Source: Meyerozyma guilliermondii (taxonomy: Eukaryota). Taken from it: 64,000 bases of DNA. The position numbers were made by a program, and so were the translations under genes. The first letter of the stretch is position 1. Each line of letters starts with the position of its first letter. The notes under the pieces were generated by a model. The model searched no databases and was not told the DNA's origin. It saw only the letters and a list, made by a program, of their open reading frames with translations. The DNA lies in the NCBI GenBank assembly GCA_051546255.1, contig CP128816.1, positions 1,116,001 through 1,180,000 of the forward strand. The letters run 5' to 3'. This document shows, piece after piece, positions 9,181 through 19,202 of this stretch.

Positions 9181-11106
9181 TCATGAAGAGTATGTAGTAT
9201 TTGAGCTTCCTGATTCGTCATTTTCTGCTCCAATGCTGGCATGACTAGATCCTTCACTGTCACTATCACTTTCACTTGGTGGCGCTTCGAAAAATTGCCG
9301 TGCAATGATGGGATTTAAATCATGTTCATGCTCCACACTTGGAGGATGAATAGGCTCAGGAACTTTATCTTCCATTGCACCCAAGGATGAAAGGTATCGT
9401 TGGTAGTCTGTGAGGTTGTTGTTGTAGGGTGGATCGTCCGAGGATTCAGAATCGGATGATGAATGGACTGAATTGTTGTCCAGCCTTGAACTGGCTGATC
9501 CATTAGAGACCGGCTCTTGTGGATCATTGTTGGATTTTTCGTTCATTAAAACGTCATTTTGGAGTAGTGGAGTATTGTAGTCTATCTTTTGCGACTTGAA
9601 TTTCGTGGATACCCGAGCATTGTCGCAATTGAGGTACATGTAATCGATTTCTTCCAACTTTAACCCCTTGGTTTCGTACACCATAAAATAGGTAAACACC
9701 ACTCCAGCGGCATTGAATCCACCCCAGATAAAGAAGATTTTATTCTTTAACGCTGCCGTGTGTGCTCCAGTGTCAATGAGATATGGGGTGATATAAGCAC
9801 AAATAAAATTGACAAGCCAATTGGTTGCCGCAGTTATGGAAATAGCCTTTTGACGAATGGAAATACCATAGATATCGGAAACTAATGCCCAAGTACATCC
9901 ACCCCATGACGCAGCAAAAAATGCAATGAACAGGCACGAAAAAGATACCGAGATGATGGAACTAATATGGTTATCAGAGATGCACACTCCAACGATAGCA
10001 ATGATGAAATTGGAAATTGACATACCTGTTCCACCCCAAAGCAATAAGCTTCTTCTTCCAATGACTTCGATAAGAATTATACCGGGAATGGTGAAAAGGG
10101 TGTTCACCGCATAGGTGATAAATGACATGAGGTAATAATTTCCCATACCTGTTGATGAGAAAAAATTCACACCATAATAAAAGATGAAATTAATTCCCAG
10201 GCATTGTTGAAACGCATGGATTCCAATTCCGGTGACCATACGAAGTACCTGTTTGTGGCGTCCACCACCATTGCGAAAACAATCGAGAATTGAGGTTTTC
10301 CCAAACAGCATTTCATAATCGTAATTTGCCTTGATTTCCACCAATTCTTCAATTAAATCGGCATCGTCTGTAGGCAAGCGTCGAAGTTTACTTAAGCTTT
10401 CGAGGCCCTTTTGGATTTTGTTCTTTTGCACGTAGAATCGAGGCGATTCTGGCAAGAACAACATACCGATGCAAAGAATGGTGGCCCAGAGAAACTGAAG
10501 AGCAATGGGAATTCTGTAAGAACCTGAATTGTTAAATTTCCGAGTCCCTTGACACACCGCCAGGGCGATCAACAAGCCCCATGTGATGGCCCATTGATAG
10601 GTATACACGATGGAACCACGCACCCATTTGGGAGAAGCTTCGGCTTGATATAATGGTACCGAAGCAGATAAAATTCCCACTGATATCCCACAAACCACCC
10701 TACCGATACAGAGCAAGGCGATATCCGATGCAGCCACCTGGATGATGTTTCCGGCATTACACAATAGTCCAGACAGCACCACTATGGCAAACTTTCTGCC
10801 GTATGTATCAGATATTAATGGCGCTAAAACTGCACCGACGAACGTTCCAAGTGACAAAATGGCGGTGACAAGAGCTCTTTCATGGGTGTTGAACGCGTAG
10901 CCATTAGAAGGAAAATGGGTGGAAACATATCGCATTTCGAGGATATCATTAATTAATCCAGTATCGTAACCATAAAGGAATCCTCCCATAGCAGCCACCA
11001 AACCCACAACGATAGCACTCAGAGACGAAGACTTTTGTCGAATTTTCCTGTAGTATTCTTCCTCAATTGTACTGTCATACATGAGGCGATCTAGAAAGCT
11101 CCACAT
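9181..11106 (-). CDS. Sugar-porter family protein, probably a Snf3/Rgt2/Hgt4-type glucose sensor
   Basis: 12-TM core with GGFLYGYDTG, PESPR, QQC(S)GINFIFYYG and VYETKGL. It is followed by a ~135-aa hydrophilic C-tail with PPSESDSDSE and DYQRYLSSL, resembling sensor tails. Confidence 0.85.
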   Translation of the reverse strand: MWSFLDRLMYDSTIEEEYYRKIRQKSSSLSAIVVGLVAAMGGFLYGYDTGLINDILEMRYVSTHFPSNGYAFNTHERALVTAILSLGTFVGAVLAPLISDTYGRKFAIVVLSGLLCNAGNIIQVAASDIALLCIGRVVCGISVGILSASVPLYQAEASPKWVRGSIVYTYQWAITWGLLIALAVCQGTRKFNNSGSYRIPIALQFLWATILCIGMLFLPESPRFYVQKNKIQKGLESLSKLRRLPTDDADLIEELVEIKANYDYEMLFGKTSILDCFRNGGGRHKQVLRMVTGIGIHAFQQCLGINFIFYYGVNFFSSTGMGNYYLMSFITYAVNTLFTIPGIILIEVIGRRSLLLWGGTGMSISNFIIAIVGVCISDNHISSIISVSFSCLFIAFFAASWGGCTWALVSDIYGISIRQKAISITAATNWLVNFICAYITPYLIDTGAHTAALKNKIFFIWGGFNAAGVVFTYFMVYETKGLKLEEIDYMYLNCDNARVSTKFKSQKIDYNTPLLQNDVLMNEKSNNDPQEPVSNGSASSRLDNNSVHSSSDSESSDDPPYNNNLTDYQRYLSSLGAMEDKVPEPIHPPSVEHEHDLNPIIARQFFEAPPSESDSDSEGSSHASIGAENDESGSSNTTYSS

Positions 11107-11466
11107 CGTCGCATGAGGGGGCTTTTAGCTTAAAAGATGAGATCTGTTGAAACGGCCAACCTAGCCAAAACCATAAAAAAGTGGAGAAATTCGTTGCAAA
11201 GAGATAGCAACTATGTCAGGTGTATTAGCAGAGTACACAGCAAGCCCAAGAGTCTTCAGTTATGCCCAGCACACGGAAAACGATCAGCAGTAGATGGTGT
11301 CTTCAAATGATCTCAAGGCGAAAACCTTGGCGCGAAAATGTGTGGGGCTGGTGTTGGGTGCAATTAATGGCGCTGTCGGCCCACCCGCCAGCGAGCGGTT
11401 CAACCGCCTTGTTAAGTGCAGGAAGAAAACGATTGACAAGTCGCATTTTGTGCCAGCCAAGAACAT

Positions 11467-12396
11467 ATGGCATCTACTGGGGCGTCGATCTCTGAGCAAC
11501 GCGACTTGCGGAGGCGTCTAGCCAAGCGGGCATCCACGGTGGTGCCCAAGGTGACAACAAGTCTACACAAACAGCGCCAAACTTTGACTGGTTTTTTCAC
11601 ATATTATTTTTACTATCTGGTACTTTTATGGGTATTCTTTTTGACCTCCATTTACAAGAATATCCAATATGTGTATCGCAGGATGCGCCTAAAAGTCCTT
11701 AATCTTACATACCACCCGAGCCGCAGCCCGCAGATCATTCGTGACGACGTGACCAAGCTCGATAAATTGCCACGTCGAGTGGCTGCCATTTTGGATCTAC
11801 GTGATGACGACGATGAAAATGGAGGAGTCGATGGACTTATTAGTGATATCAGCGAATTAGCGGCGTGGCTGGTGCTGGCAGGAGTTCCACACCTCACGAT
11901 TTACGAGCATGATGGAGTAGTGAAGCTGCACATAAGTGAATTGGTGCGGTATGTATCGAAAAATCTCCGATTGTATTTTGGTACCGATTCCATCCCCACT
12001 TTTGCGGTGCGAGTCCCTCACACCAATGCCACCGCGTATTCGCACCCAGCATTGGGTACTAATGTGGATCTCACCATTAGCGTACTTTCGCGCGTGGATG
12101 GTAAGCCTACCATTTTGGAACTCACCAAAACCATGAGTGAGCTCGCCGCCAATAAGGAACTTTCCATCAAGGATATCTCGGTGGAATTAGTCGATGAAGA
12201 GCTTGTGGAGCTTGTGGGCCCGGAGCCCGATCTCCTCATTTGTTTTGGGCCATCATTGGACCTCCAAAACTTTCCTCCCTGGCATATAAGGTTAACGGAA
12301 ATATACTGGGAGCCCGGAAACACGGATGTCAATTACGCCGTATTCATTGCGGCGTTGCAGCAGTATTCCCAATGCGAAATGAAGGTTGGAAAATAG
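11467..12396 (+). CDS. NUS1: Dehydrodolichyl diphosphate synthase subunit Nus1 (NgBR)
   Basis: N-terminal TM, PQIIRDDVTKLDKLP, SRVDGKPTILELTK, PEPDLLICFGP, FPPWHIRLTEIY and C-terminal VGK. Confidence 0.93.
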   Translation: MASTGASISEQRDLRRRLAKRASTVVPKVTTSLHKQRQTLTGFFTYYFYYLVLLWVFFLTSIYKNIQYVYRRMRLKVLNLTYHPSRSPQIIRDDVTKLDKLPRRVAAILDLRDDDDENGGVDGLISDISELAAWLVLAGVPHLTIYEHDGVVKLHISELVRYVSKNLRLYFGTDSIPTFAVRVPHTNATAYSHPALGTNVDLTISVLSRVDGKPTILELTKTMSELAANKELSIKDISVELVDEELVELVGPEPDLLICFGPSLDLQNFPPWHIRLTEIYWEPGNTDVNYAVFIAALQQYSQCEMKVGK

Positions 12397-12549
12397 ATCT
12401 CTTGGCATCAGCAAGGATAAAGAAATGAAAAGTCGACAAGGGAAATAAGACTGTCAGTGCAACGATAGCTCACAAGGAGCTAATCTCAGTTTCAAACTCA
12501 TTCGATATGAATGAAAAGCATGAAAACAACTAAAAACACCAAAACCTTC

Positions 12550-13305
12550 CCTATGCCGCACGTTACCGATTTGCAGCCAATTAGAGCAGGCTACAGCTAA
12601 TGCATCACTTGCTTATGCACATCTCCAAAGTTTTATCCTAGCAATCACATTCATACCAACCCACGATCAATTCGATACAACACATCCTACATAGCTAATT
12701 TAACATTCAGCTTTACCAGTGCCGTGCCGGTGGAGGTGCGCCGGAGTGGAGGCCGGAGTTGAGGCCAAAATGAGGTTTACGCGGGGTCACCGTGAGTCTA
12801 GACCGCTTGCACGTGCAAGGCATGTGCGACACCAGTACACCACAACAATCCTGTGTATAACCGGCGGCGATGGTCTAGACCGTCGTATATACGCATGTCA
12901 CATGCATGACGTGCAGGAGCGCATACCATTTCCGATCTCGACTATGCGAGCCGAGTTCTTGACAGAAAACCCCCATTACTCAAATATTTCATCAATTGTA
13001 ATCTAAATCCAAAAATGGGCGTGTCTGCTTACCGGGGACCGGACTACTCCGCCCCGATGGCTTCGCAAATCACCCCCCTAAAGCACGGCGATAAGCATTA
13101 CCGACGCCATCTCCCCACAACCACATCTGCATCTTGGCTACCGTTCGCGCTATACATTCCCTTTATTGCTATCTGAGCTGCAGATGAGCCGCGATACACG
13201 CGGCTTCGCTGCATGCGCGATGCGGGACCTCCTGTCCAACGACAAAAAAATACCTCGTGCATGAACCATTTCCTCCTAAGGCATCTGCGGCCACAATTTT
13301 TCATC
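12550..13305 (+). ncRNA. Candidate telomerase RNA (TER1); boundaries approximate
   Basis: Template-like ACACCAGTACACCA at 12829-12842 is 1.75 copies of ACACCAGT, the complement of ACTGGTGT. It sits in a non-coding GC-rich interval with several perfect stems, a possible pseudoknot and an Sm-site-like AATTTTT at 13295-13301. The alternative explanation is a Rap1-type site in the promoter of the next gene. Confidence 0.45.
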
Positions 13306-13451
13306 CTCCGTCTTAGTCGCCAAAAACTATAGATAGGGGTGAAGTGGCGCTAAACGGGCAATCTTTTTTTTGTTTTATTGTTCCTTTTGTTAATTTGTTT
13401 AGTGGGCTCCTCATATAAATTCTTTTCACCTATAAAGTTTTCTCAAAAGTT

Positions 13452-14744
13452 ATGAACGGCTTAGGAATCGTGTTGGAAGAACGAGAACCTTCTATAGACG
13501 ACAAGAGTCAATCGCCCCTGATCCATCCTGAACCTTCGTCCACCGAAGAAGAATCTTTATTGCCTCCCCTTCCGGATTCGTCTACATCTTCCATAGATCC
13601 TCAAGCACCAAATGCTATTGTTGATTGGATACATACCAACTCCTATTCTCCCGTGTCAACCCTCGATTCCCACACCAGTGGTGCTGCTAGCAGAGCCGGA
13701 AGTCGATCAGATAGTTTGGGATCAGACCATGATTCTCGACGCGAGTCCAACTACTCCGATTTTTTGCAATCGCTGACTTTTGAGGCTTATCGTCTCGATT
13801 CGCCAACCGATTCCGTGCAACCATTTCCTTCGGAAACGTCACTCACGAGCCATATGATCGCTCCAACATCAACCCCGGGAACCACCGTGTCGACAAATGG
13901 TACTAATAACAACTCGTCGCCACTTAAACGACTCAAAAGTATTCGAAATACCATTCGTAAACTTTCGTTGTCAAGCAACGGTTCTTCCGTCTCAAAGCCA
14001 GGATCATCCACCAACTCACCAAATATCCCCACTGGATCATTTTCCAGTAATGCTTTGAAAAACAGAACTGCTTCTTTACTGGTTGATACCTCCGCCACTG
14101 ACAACAACGATCTGGGGCTTTCCACTTGCGATAGTATGAACTCGGGAAGTTATCCATTTCCGTCGATTTCCGCCATCAAGGAACTCCGTGGTCTTGATAC
14201 CCCATCAACGCCACCTTTTGCATCGCCAGTGGTGACTCTTTCTGACAATTTACTTGCCTCAAAGAGAACCCTCTCCAACGTGGAGCAAAGTTATTTCGAC
14301 AGCGTTTCCACGTCACGCACTCAGCCTACTAGTGTGGCCTCGTCAGTGCTGTCTGGGATGCTCAGTACTATGGAAACTTCACATCAACGCATCAAATCCA
14401 TTTCTGAACTCACCACGTTGGATGAACTTTTGGATTACTCCTCGTTTCTTCACCAGCAGCGTGATACGGTGGTGCATGCATTCGAGGTAGCACACAAGAG
14501 GCTTCAGGAATCAGGATGGTGTTCGACTCATGATCTTCAGAATTTGCAACTTCAACAAGACACCTCGCTATGCCAGCTTGACACGAAACTTTTGCAGGTT
14601 GAAGAAAAGTTGAACGCCGAGTTTGATACTTCCATCTTCAACAATAAACCACAACAAGAAAAGAAAGGAAAAGAAAAGGAACTTCCAAGAAGTCCCAGTT
14701 TAAAAGTCTTGGAAAGCAGATGCTTTTCATTTGCTGATTTATGA
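13452..14744 (+). CDS. Hypothetical Ser/Thr-rich protein with a C-terminal helical/coiled-coil region
   Basis: 430-aa ORF from an ATG, with TATA-like elements at about 13414 and 13431. Low-complexity N-terminus with basophilic kinase-like sites (KRLKS, RKLS). No family recognised. Confidence 0.75.
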   Translation: MNGLGIVLEEREPSIDDKSQSPLIHPEPSSTEEESLLPPLPDSSTSSIDPQAPNAIVDWIHTNSYSPVSTLDSHTSGAASRAGSRSDSLGSDHDSRRESNYSDFLQSLTFEAYRLDSPTDSVQPFPSETSLTSHMIAPTSTPGTTVSTNGTNNNSSPLKRLKSIRNTIRKLSLSSNGSSVSKPGSSTNSPNIPTGSFSSNALKNRTASLLVDTSATDNNDLGLSTCDSMNSGSYPFPSISAIKELRGLDTPSTPPFASPVVTLSDNLLASKRTLSNVEQSYFDSVSTSRTQPTSVASSVLSGMLSTMETSHQRIKSISELTTLDELLDYSSFLHQQRDTVVHAFEVAHKRLQESGWCSTHDLQNLQLQQDTSLCQLDTKLLQVEEKLNAEFDTSIFNNKPQQEKKGKEKELPRSPSLKVLESRCFSFADL

Positions 14745-15372
14745 TTTTACGACCTACACGACAGGGCTTTTGCCCACGCTATTATAGAAAACCCATAACG
14801 GTTTACCAATTTGCTTTTAAGGGAGTTATTGACTTTATAGAAAATTTTTTAGTCAATACAGGTGCTGAACAAGAGACATTTGTAAGAGGGTTGTACCGAG
14901 AACGTAGGATCCAAGAATGCGTGAAAAGTTCGCAAAACTTAGTATGAGGACGTAATTCGAGTTGTTCTCGCTTCTCTTTCCCCTCCAATCACTCAATGGT
15001 TAGAATGGTGCAGTGAATGAGAAGCTTCGTATCATAAAGTTCTTTCTCACACTGTGAGGAATTTTTCACTTGCGGCGTGCCCCTACCGATGCACAAGCGT
15101 ATATGCAGGTTTCAAGTCAAAGTGGGTGCCGCACTATGGTGGGACTCAAGGATGTGGCTTATCACAATCGCCTAATTCAGTTGCAAAATAATCGAAAAAT
15201 AGAGGAAGGTGGACCAAAATTCTACAATTGTGTATAGATGACATATGTAAATCGTTCACCACATGGGTTAGTGGGCTGATATTCGGATATGCACAATTGC
15301 ATATTCGGAAGTTAACCTGCTAAAACCAAACATGCAAGAATCCGCATGATGAGAACGATGGCGCATATTTCC

Positions 15373-16781
15373 TTATTTACTCTCCTCATTAGGTCGTTTA
15401 TATCTCATTTTGAGCTCCTCGTGCTTTATCTTGCGCAATTCGTATCCTACCTGTTTCTTGTGTCTGCGGCTCTTGGTATGAATTTCCCACTGTTCCTTTC
15501 CAACACTAACCAATGGCTTACCCGATTTATCCTTACACACAGAACATTCGTAATGCTTCCAATTTGACTCTGATCCCAAAGTCTTGTTACTCCTTGTAAG
15601 ACCTGTATTCAAATCAAACTGCGATTGCAACCGCTCGGGAATTTGTGCATCAGTAACTGAAATGGGACCGCTTTCAAGAAATTGATTTGCAATTGATACT
15701 CCACGGTTCTTTACCAGTTGATCCCATACTTGCAAATCTGTGGCGTCGAGCATGTACAATTTACCTCCGTATTTGTATCCAAACCGAGCTTCTTTTTGAA
15801 GTTCCACACCCAAAAGCTTTCGGATCCACTTTACTTGATATTTGGCATACTGTCGAGTTCGTATCTGCATTCTCTCTACTCCATCCAAAAACAGAGAATG
15901 CTGGCCATCGGATAACCACGGTAAGAATTCCTTGAATCCAATAACTTGCCACACGCCAGACGTGCAGTCAGGGCGAGGTTCCATTTCATTATAAACCTCG
16001 TACAAGCTCTTTATTTCATCAATTGCACTCCCCTGCATCATATTATCGACTCGTTTGTCTAGACGTGGTTTGAGCACCTCAGGATCACTATAAACCCAAA
16101 ATAAAAGGGTATTGAATCGAAGAGACGAATCCTCTAATTCTTCCAACTTTTGGTCTCTATAAATTTCAGATGGATTCTGTCCCGTGGTATATATGATCTC
16201 GAGAGCCCTCCTAAGCTTACGCCCATCTTGTGGATGGAACTTGCCAGCAATTACCGGGTCCAATTGCTGTAAGGTACTGAAAAGTGTCTCCACTGGGCCA
16301 TCAAGAATCTGTGACTGTTCTTCGGTGAGATCAGATTTTTCTGCTGTGATGGTCTTGTTATCAAAAAGCAAGCTCTGCAAGTAGTAGTGAGTACCTCCAA
16401 TTATTATGGGAACCTTTCCTCGGGAATGAATATCATCTATGGCTGTATTCGCTTCTTTGGTAAACCGATGAATGTAGTATTCTTCTTTCCAGTCTACATG
16501 ATCCATAACATGATGGGGGATTCCTCGTCGTTCCGCAATGGGATGCTTATTTGTTATGGCCTCCAACCCACGATACACCTGCATCGAATCGGCATTGATG
16601 ATTTCGCCATTAATAGCTTGAGCCAAGTCAATGCTGAACTGCGTTAGTTTTGACTCTTAAAAAACTATTTTTGGATACATACTTGTGACTTGCCAACGCC
16701 GGTAGTACCGACAATGGTTATAATGTTCTTCTTTGGTCTGGTTGTCATCAAGTTTTTCCAGTACCTAAACCATCGTAGCAT
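15373..16781 (-). CDS. MOD5: tRNA dimethylallyltransferase Mod5; two exons (16781-16683 and 16638-15373)
   Basis: Exon 1 MLRWFRYWKNLMTTRPKKNIITIVGTTGVGKSQ (P-loop) joins in phase 0 to FSIDLAQAINGEIINADSMQVY. Also GGTHYY, QVIGFKEF, TRQYAKYQVKWI and a C-terminal C2H2 zinc finger. Confidence 0.95.
16639..16682 (-). other. 44-nt spliceosomal intron in MOD5
   Basis: Minus strand reads GTATGT-atccaaaaatagttttttaagagtcaaa-ACTAAC-GCAG. Removing it restores GVGKSQ|FSIDLA. Confidence 0.92.
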
Positions 16782-16898
16782 AGAAGAGCTGCGACAGTTT
16801 TGTGTCTCGCGAAAGATGGGGCCAACATGCAGGAGAGTCAACTAGGCTGCAAAGACCATGAAATGTAACTCTCCACGAACAGGTTTATTGTTTTATTG

Positions 16899-19112
16899 CT
16901 AATCAAACACGATACCATGGTTTGGGTTCCAAGCCCCAGGCTTTGCCTGTGGAGAAACCACCAGACTAAGAGGATCATGTTCATCGTAGGATTTGCTGGT
17001 AGACTTGTCGTTCTCTTCTGAAAGCAGTAGTTCGAGTTCCCGACCTTCTGCTCTTCGCTGTAACAAAAACTCATCACATTCTTTGAGGATGACACTTCCG
17101 CGACCTAGAAAATCATTGTAGAATTTGGATCCTTCGTTCAAGTTGGACACTAGTTCAAGATACTTCGTGTAAGTTGTTTCCAAAGTTTCAAGCATCTCTT
17201 GTCGAGGAGATTTTGGATTAGCCTCCACCAATTGAAGTTTACTGACAAATTCATTATTAAACTTGTCGATTTTAGATTCAATTTGGATTTGTTGCTGCTT
17301 CAAATCCTCAAAATGATTACTGTCGTCGTTGAAAATTTGCAAATGCTTTCTGTATAACATCTCCATGCTTTGAGTATCGACCTGCTGGCTTTTGTTCTTC
17401 TTATACTCTTCTATTATTCGTGGAAGAATGTTATTGTCTCTTGCCTTCACTTCAAGACGATGAAGAAAATTCTTTCTACGCTTTGTCAATTCTGATGCCT
17501 CATTAACAGCCTCTCGAAGTTGTAGCAAAACTTCACTCACTCGAGGGTCAATGTCCTCAATACGAGCAGGGGGAATAAGATCCTTTAATGCACGAAACCC
17601 TCCACAATATGCTTCGAGGTATGGTCGTATGGTTTCGTACAGATCCCAGATGTGGTCGTCACCTTGTTCAGCCTGTTCCAAATATGTCTTCATGCTCGTT
17701 ACTTTCTTCTGAAGTTCTGCACTAGCTTCCTTGGACGAAAGACGACTCCACCTATTTCCTTTGAGTTTTCGCAATATGTCATCTTCATCTGCTTCTATTC
17801 TAAGACGCTCTTGGCATCCATTGACGAGATTTTCACATTCCCATGCTAGCTTTTTGATTGCGTCAAATGATGTTTCGATGATTCGTAGACCTCCGAGTGA
17901 GCAGATCTCTTGCGAGTGTTCTATAATGGAGTCGGGCATGGTCTCGGGTCGCTGTAAGGTGTCGATAGAAGCAGGGAGATTTCTCTCAGCAAGAAATTGT
18001 GCCATCATCTTGAGTGATGCATTCAGAGGATCCACAAATTTGGAAACAATATAGCTGTCCTGTCTTTCCCGGAAGGCTTGGGCAACTTTAATTATTGTGA
18101 ATGGGAGAAGGTCCGTAAAATATTGCTTTTTGTTCTCAAAGACAGGCTCAATAGCTTGCACCATGGGAGCACCAACAATAGGCTTCAAATCTTTTGGTAC
18201 TGGTTTCAAGTAGACCAAATCGTTATCGAACTCTGCCACTTTCAATGCTTCATTAACTGTAGAAGTTAGACCACCAAGATCCTCTAGAACTAGCTTGTCC
18301 ACATATCGCAGATACTTCGATGCCGTTTTACAATGTTGGCTTGCTGCCTGCAAATGTGCAACTTGTTCTCCATACTGGAACTCATCCAATTTCACCGTAG
18401 CAACACGCAAATGAGAAGCTGCTGCAAAATGGTACCGCTTCACTTGCATAAAATTAATCCATTCTAATCGAATAAGGTCCGAGGCATCACCATGAGAAAT
18501 TGCCAAGGTATAGTAATCCGACGTTTGTTTTGCAAGACGAGCTATCACACTATCCTTGGTTCCTGAACTTATAGCCTTGTTATAAAAACTTTCTTGAGCT
18601 TCCGCTTGCATGAGAAATGAAAGACATTGTAGAGTATTTCTGTCAAAGATTTGACTTCCTTCCAACGAATTTATACAGCCTGCTGCACGTTGCAAGTAAG
18701 CACACGAGCGCTTTAAACCCTCGTCACTGTACCTAGACTCTTTATGGGCCATCTGGGAGTACACAGCAGCTAGCTGGAACATGACATTCTCTCTTTCAAC
18801 TTTTACAGATCGAACTCGATCTGGTCCTGTCAAGCTATATAAAGTCAGGTACCAGCTAAACTCGGCAACTTCGTCGGGAAACTTTGCGATAATACTCTCG
18901 AGTGCTACTAGATAAGCTTTGATATCTTTTTCGGAGGCAGGGGTCAATTCTAAATCTTTTAAGGTTCCTAAAGCTTGGCGAAGTTTTGTGATTTCGGCGA
19001 GTTCTCGATCGAACATTGATGGCGACTGGAAATAGTGTTTCTGGATACAGTTTCTTAGCTCATTGCCCAAATCAAGTGGCAATGTTTGTCGTAGCGGAAT
19101 ATAGAGACTCAT
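16899..19112 (-). CDS. RIM20: BRO1-domain pH-signalling protein Rim20/PalA
   Basis: BRO1 N-terminus (LYIPLRQT..., EGLKRSCAYLQRAAG, FDNDLVYL), ALIX V domain (NLPASID, NLNEGSKFYND) and PalA-like C-terminus WNPNHGIVFD. Confidence 0.87.
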   Translation of the reverse strand: MSLYIPLRQTLPLDLGNELRNCIQKHYFQSPSMFDRELAEITKLRQALGTLKDLELTPASEKDIKAYLVALESIIAKFPDEVAEFSWYLTLYSLTGPDRVRSVKVERENVMFQLAAVYSQMAHKESRYSDEGLKRSCAYLQRAAGCINSLEGSQIFDRNTLQCLSFLMQAEAQESFYNKAISSGTKDSVIARLAKQTSDYYTLAISHGDASDLIRLEWINFMQVKRYHFAAASHLRVATVKLDEFQYGEQVAHLQAASQHCKTASKYLRYVDKLVLEDLGGLTSTVNEALKVAEFDNDLVYLKPVPKDLKPIVGAPMVQAIEPVFENKKQYFTDLLPFTIIKVAQAFRERQDSYIVSKFVDPLNASLKMMAQFLAERNLPASIDTLQRPETMPDSIIEHSQEICSLGGLRIIETSFDAIKKLAWECENLVNGCQERLRIEADEDDILRKLKGNRWSRLSSKEASAELQKKVTSMKTYLEQAEQGDDHIWDLYETIRPYLEAYCGGFRALKDLIPPARIEDIDPRVSEVLLQLREAVNEASELTKRRKNFLHRLEVKARDNNILPRIIEEYKKNKSQQVDTQSMEMLYRKHLQIFNDDSNHFEDLKQQQIQIESKIDKFNNEFVSKLQLVEANPKSPRQEMLETLETTYTKYLELVSNLNEGSKFYNDFLGRGSVILKECDEFLLQRRAEGRELELLLSEENDKSTSKSYDEHDPLSLVVSPQAKPGAWNPNHGIVFD

Positions 19113-19202
19113 AGCTTATACTTGTTGTGGTGACGGTTGCAAGTGCGACAGTATATATGATTTGGGCTTCTCTGCAGTCGCACACAGAGAGATCTAAATA
19201 GA

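Noticed and set aside
12719..13304. ORFs 12719-13006 (+) and 13098-13304 (-)
   Set aside because: Short, with atypical Arg/Cys-rich composition, as expected by chance in GC-rich DNA. A non-coding explanation fits better.
14745..15372. Unusually long convergent gap with small inverted repeats (TATTGACT/AGTCAATA at 14827-14858; ATATGCA/TGCATAT near 15287-15304)
   Set aside because: Stems are short and AT-rich. I could not identify tRNA, snRNA or snoRNA boxes or LTR termini. An Rfam scan would settle it.
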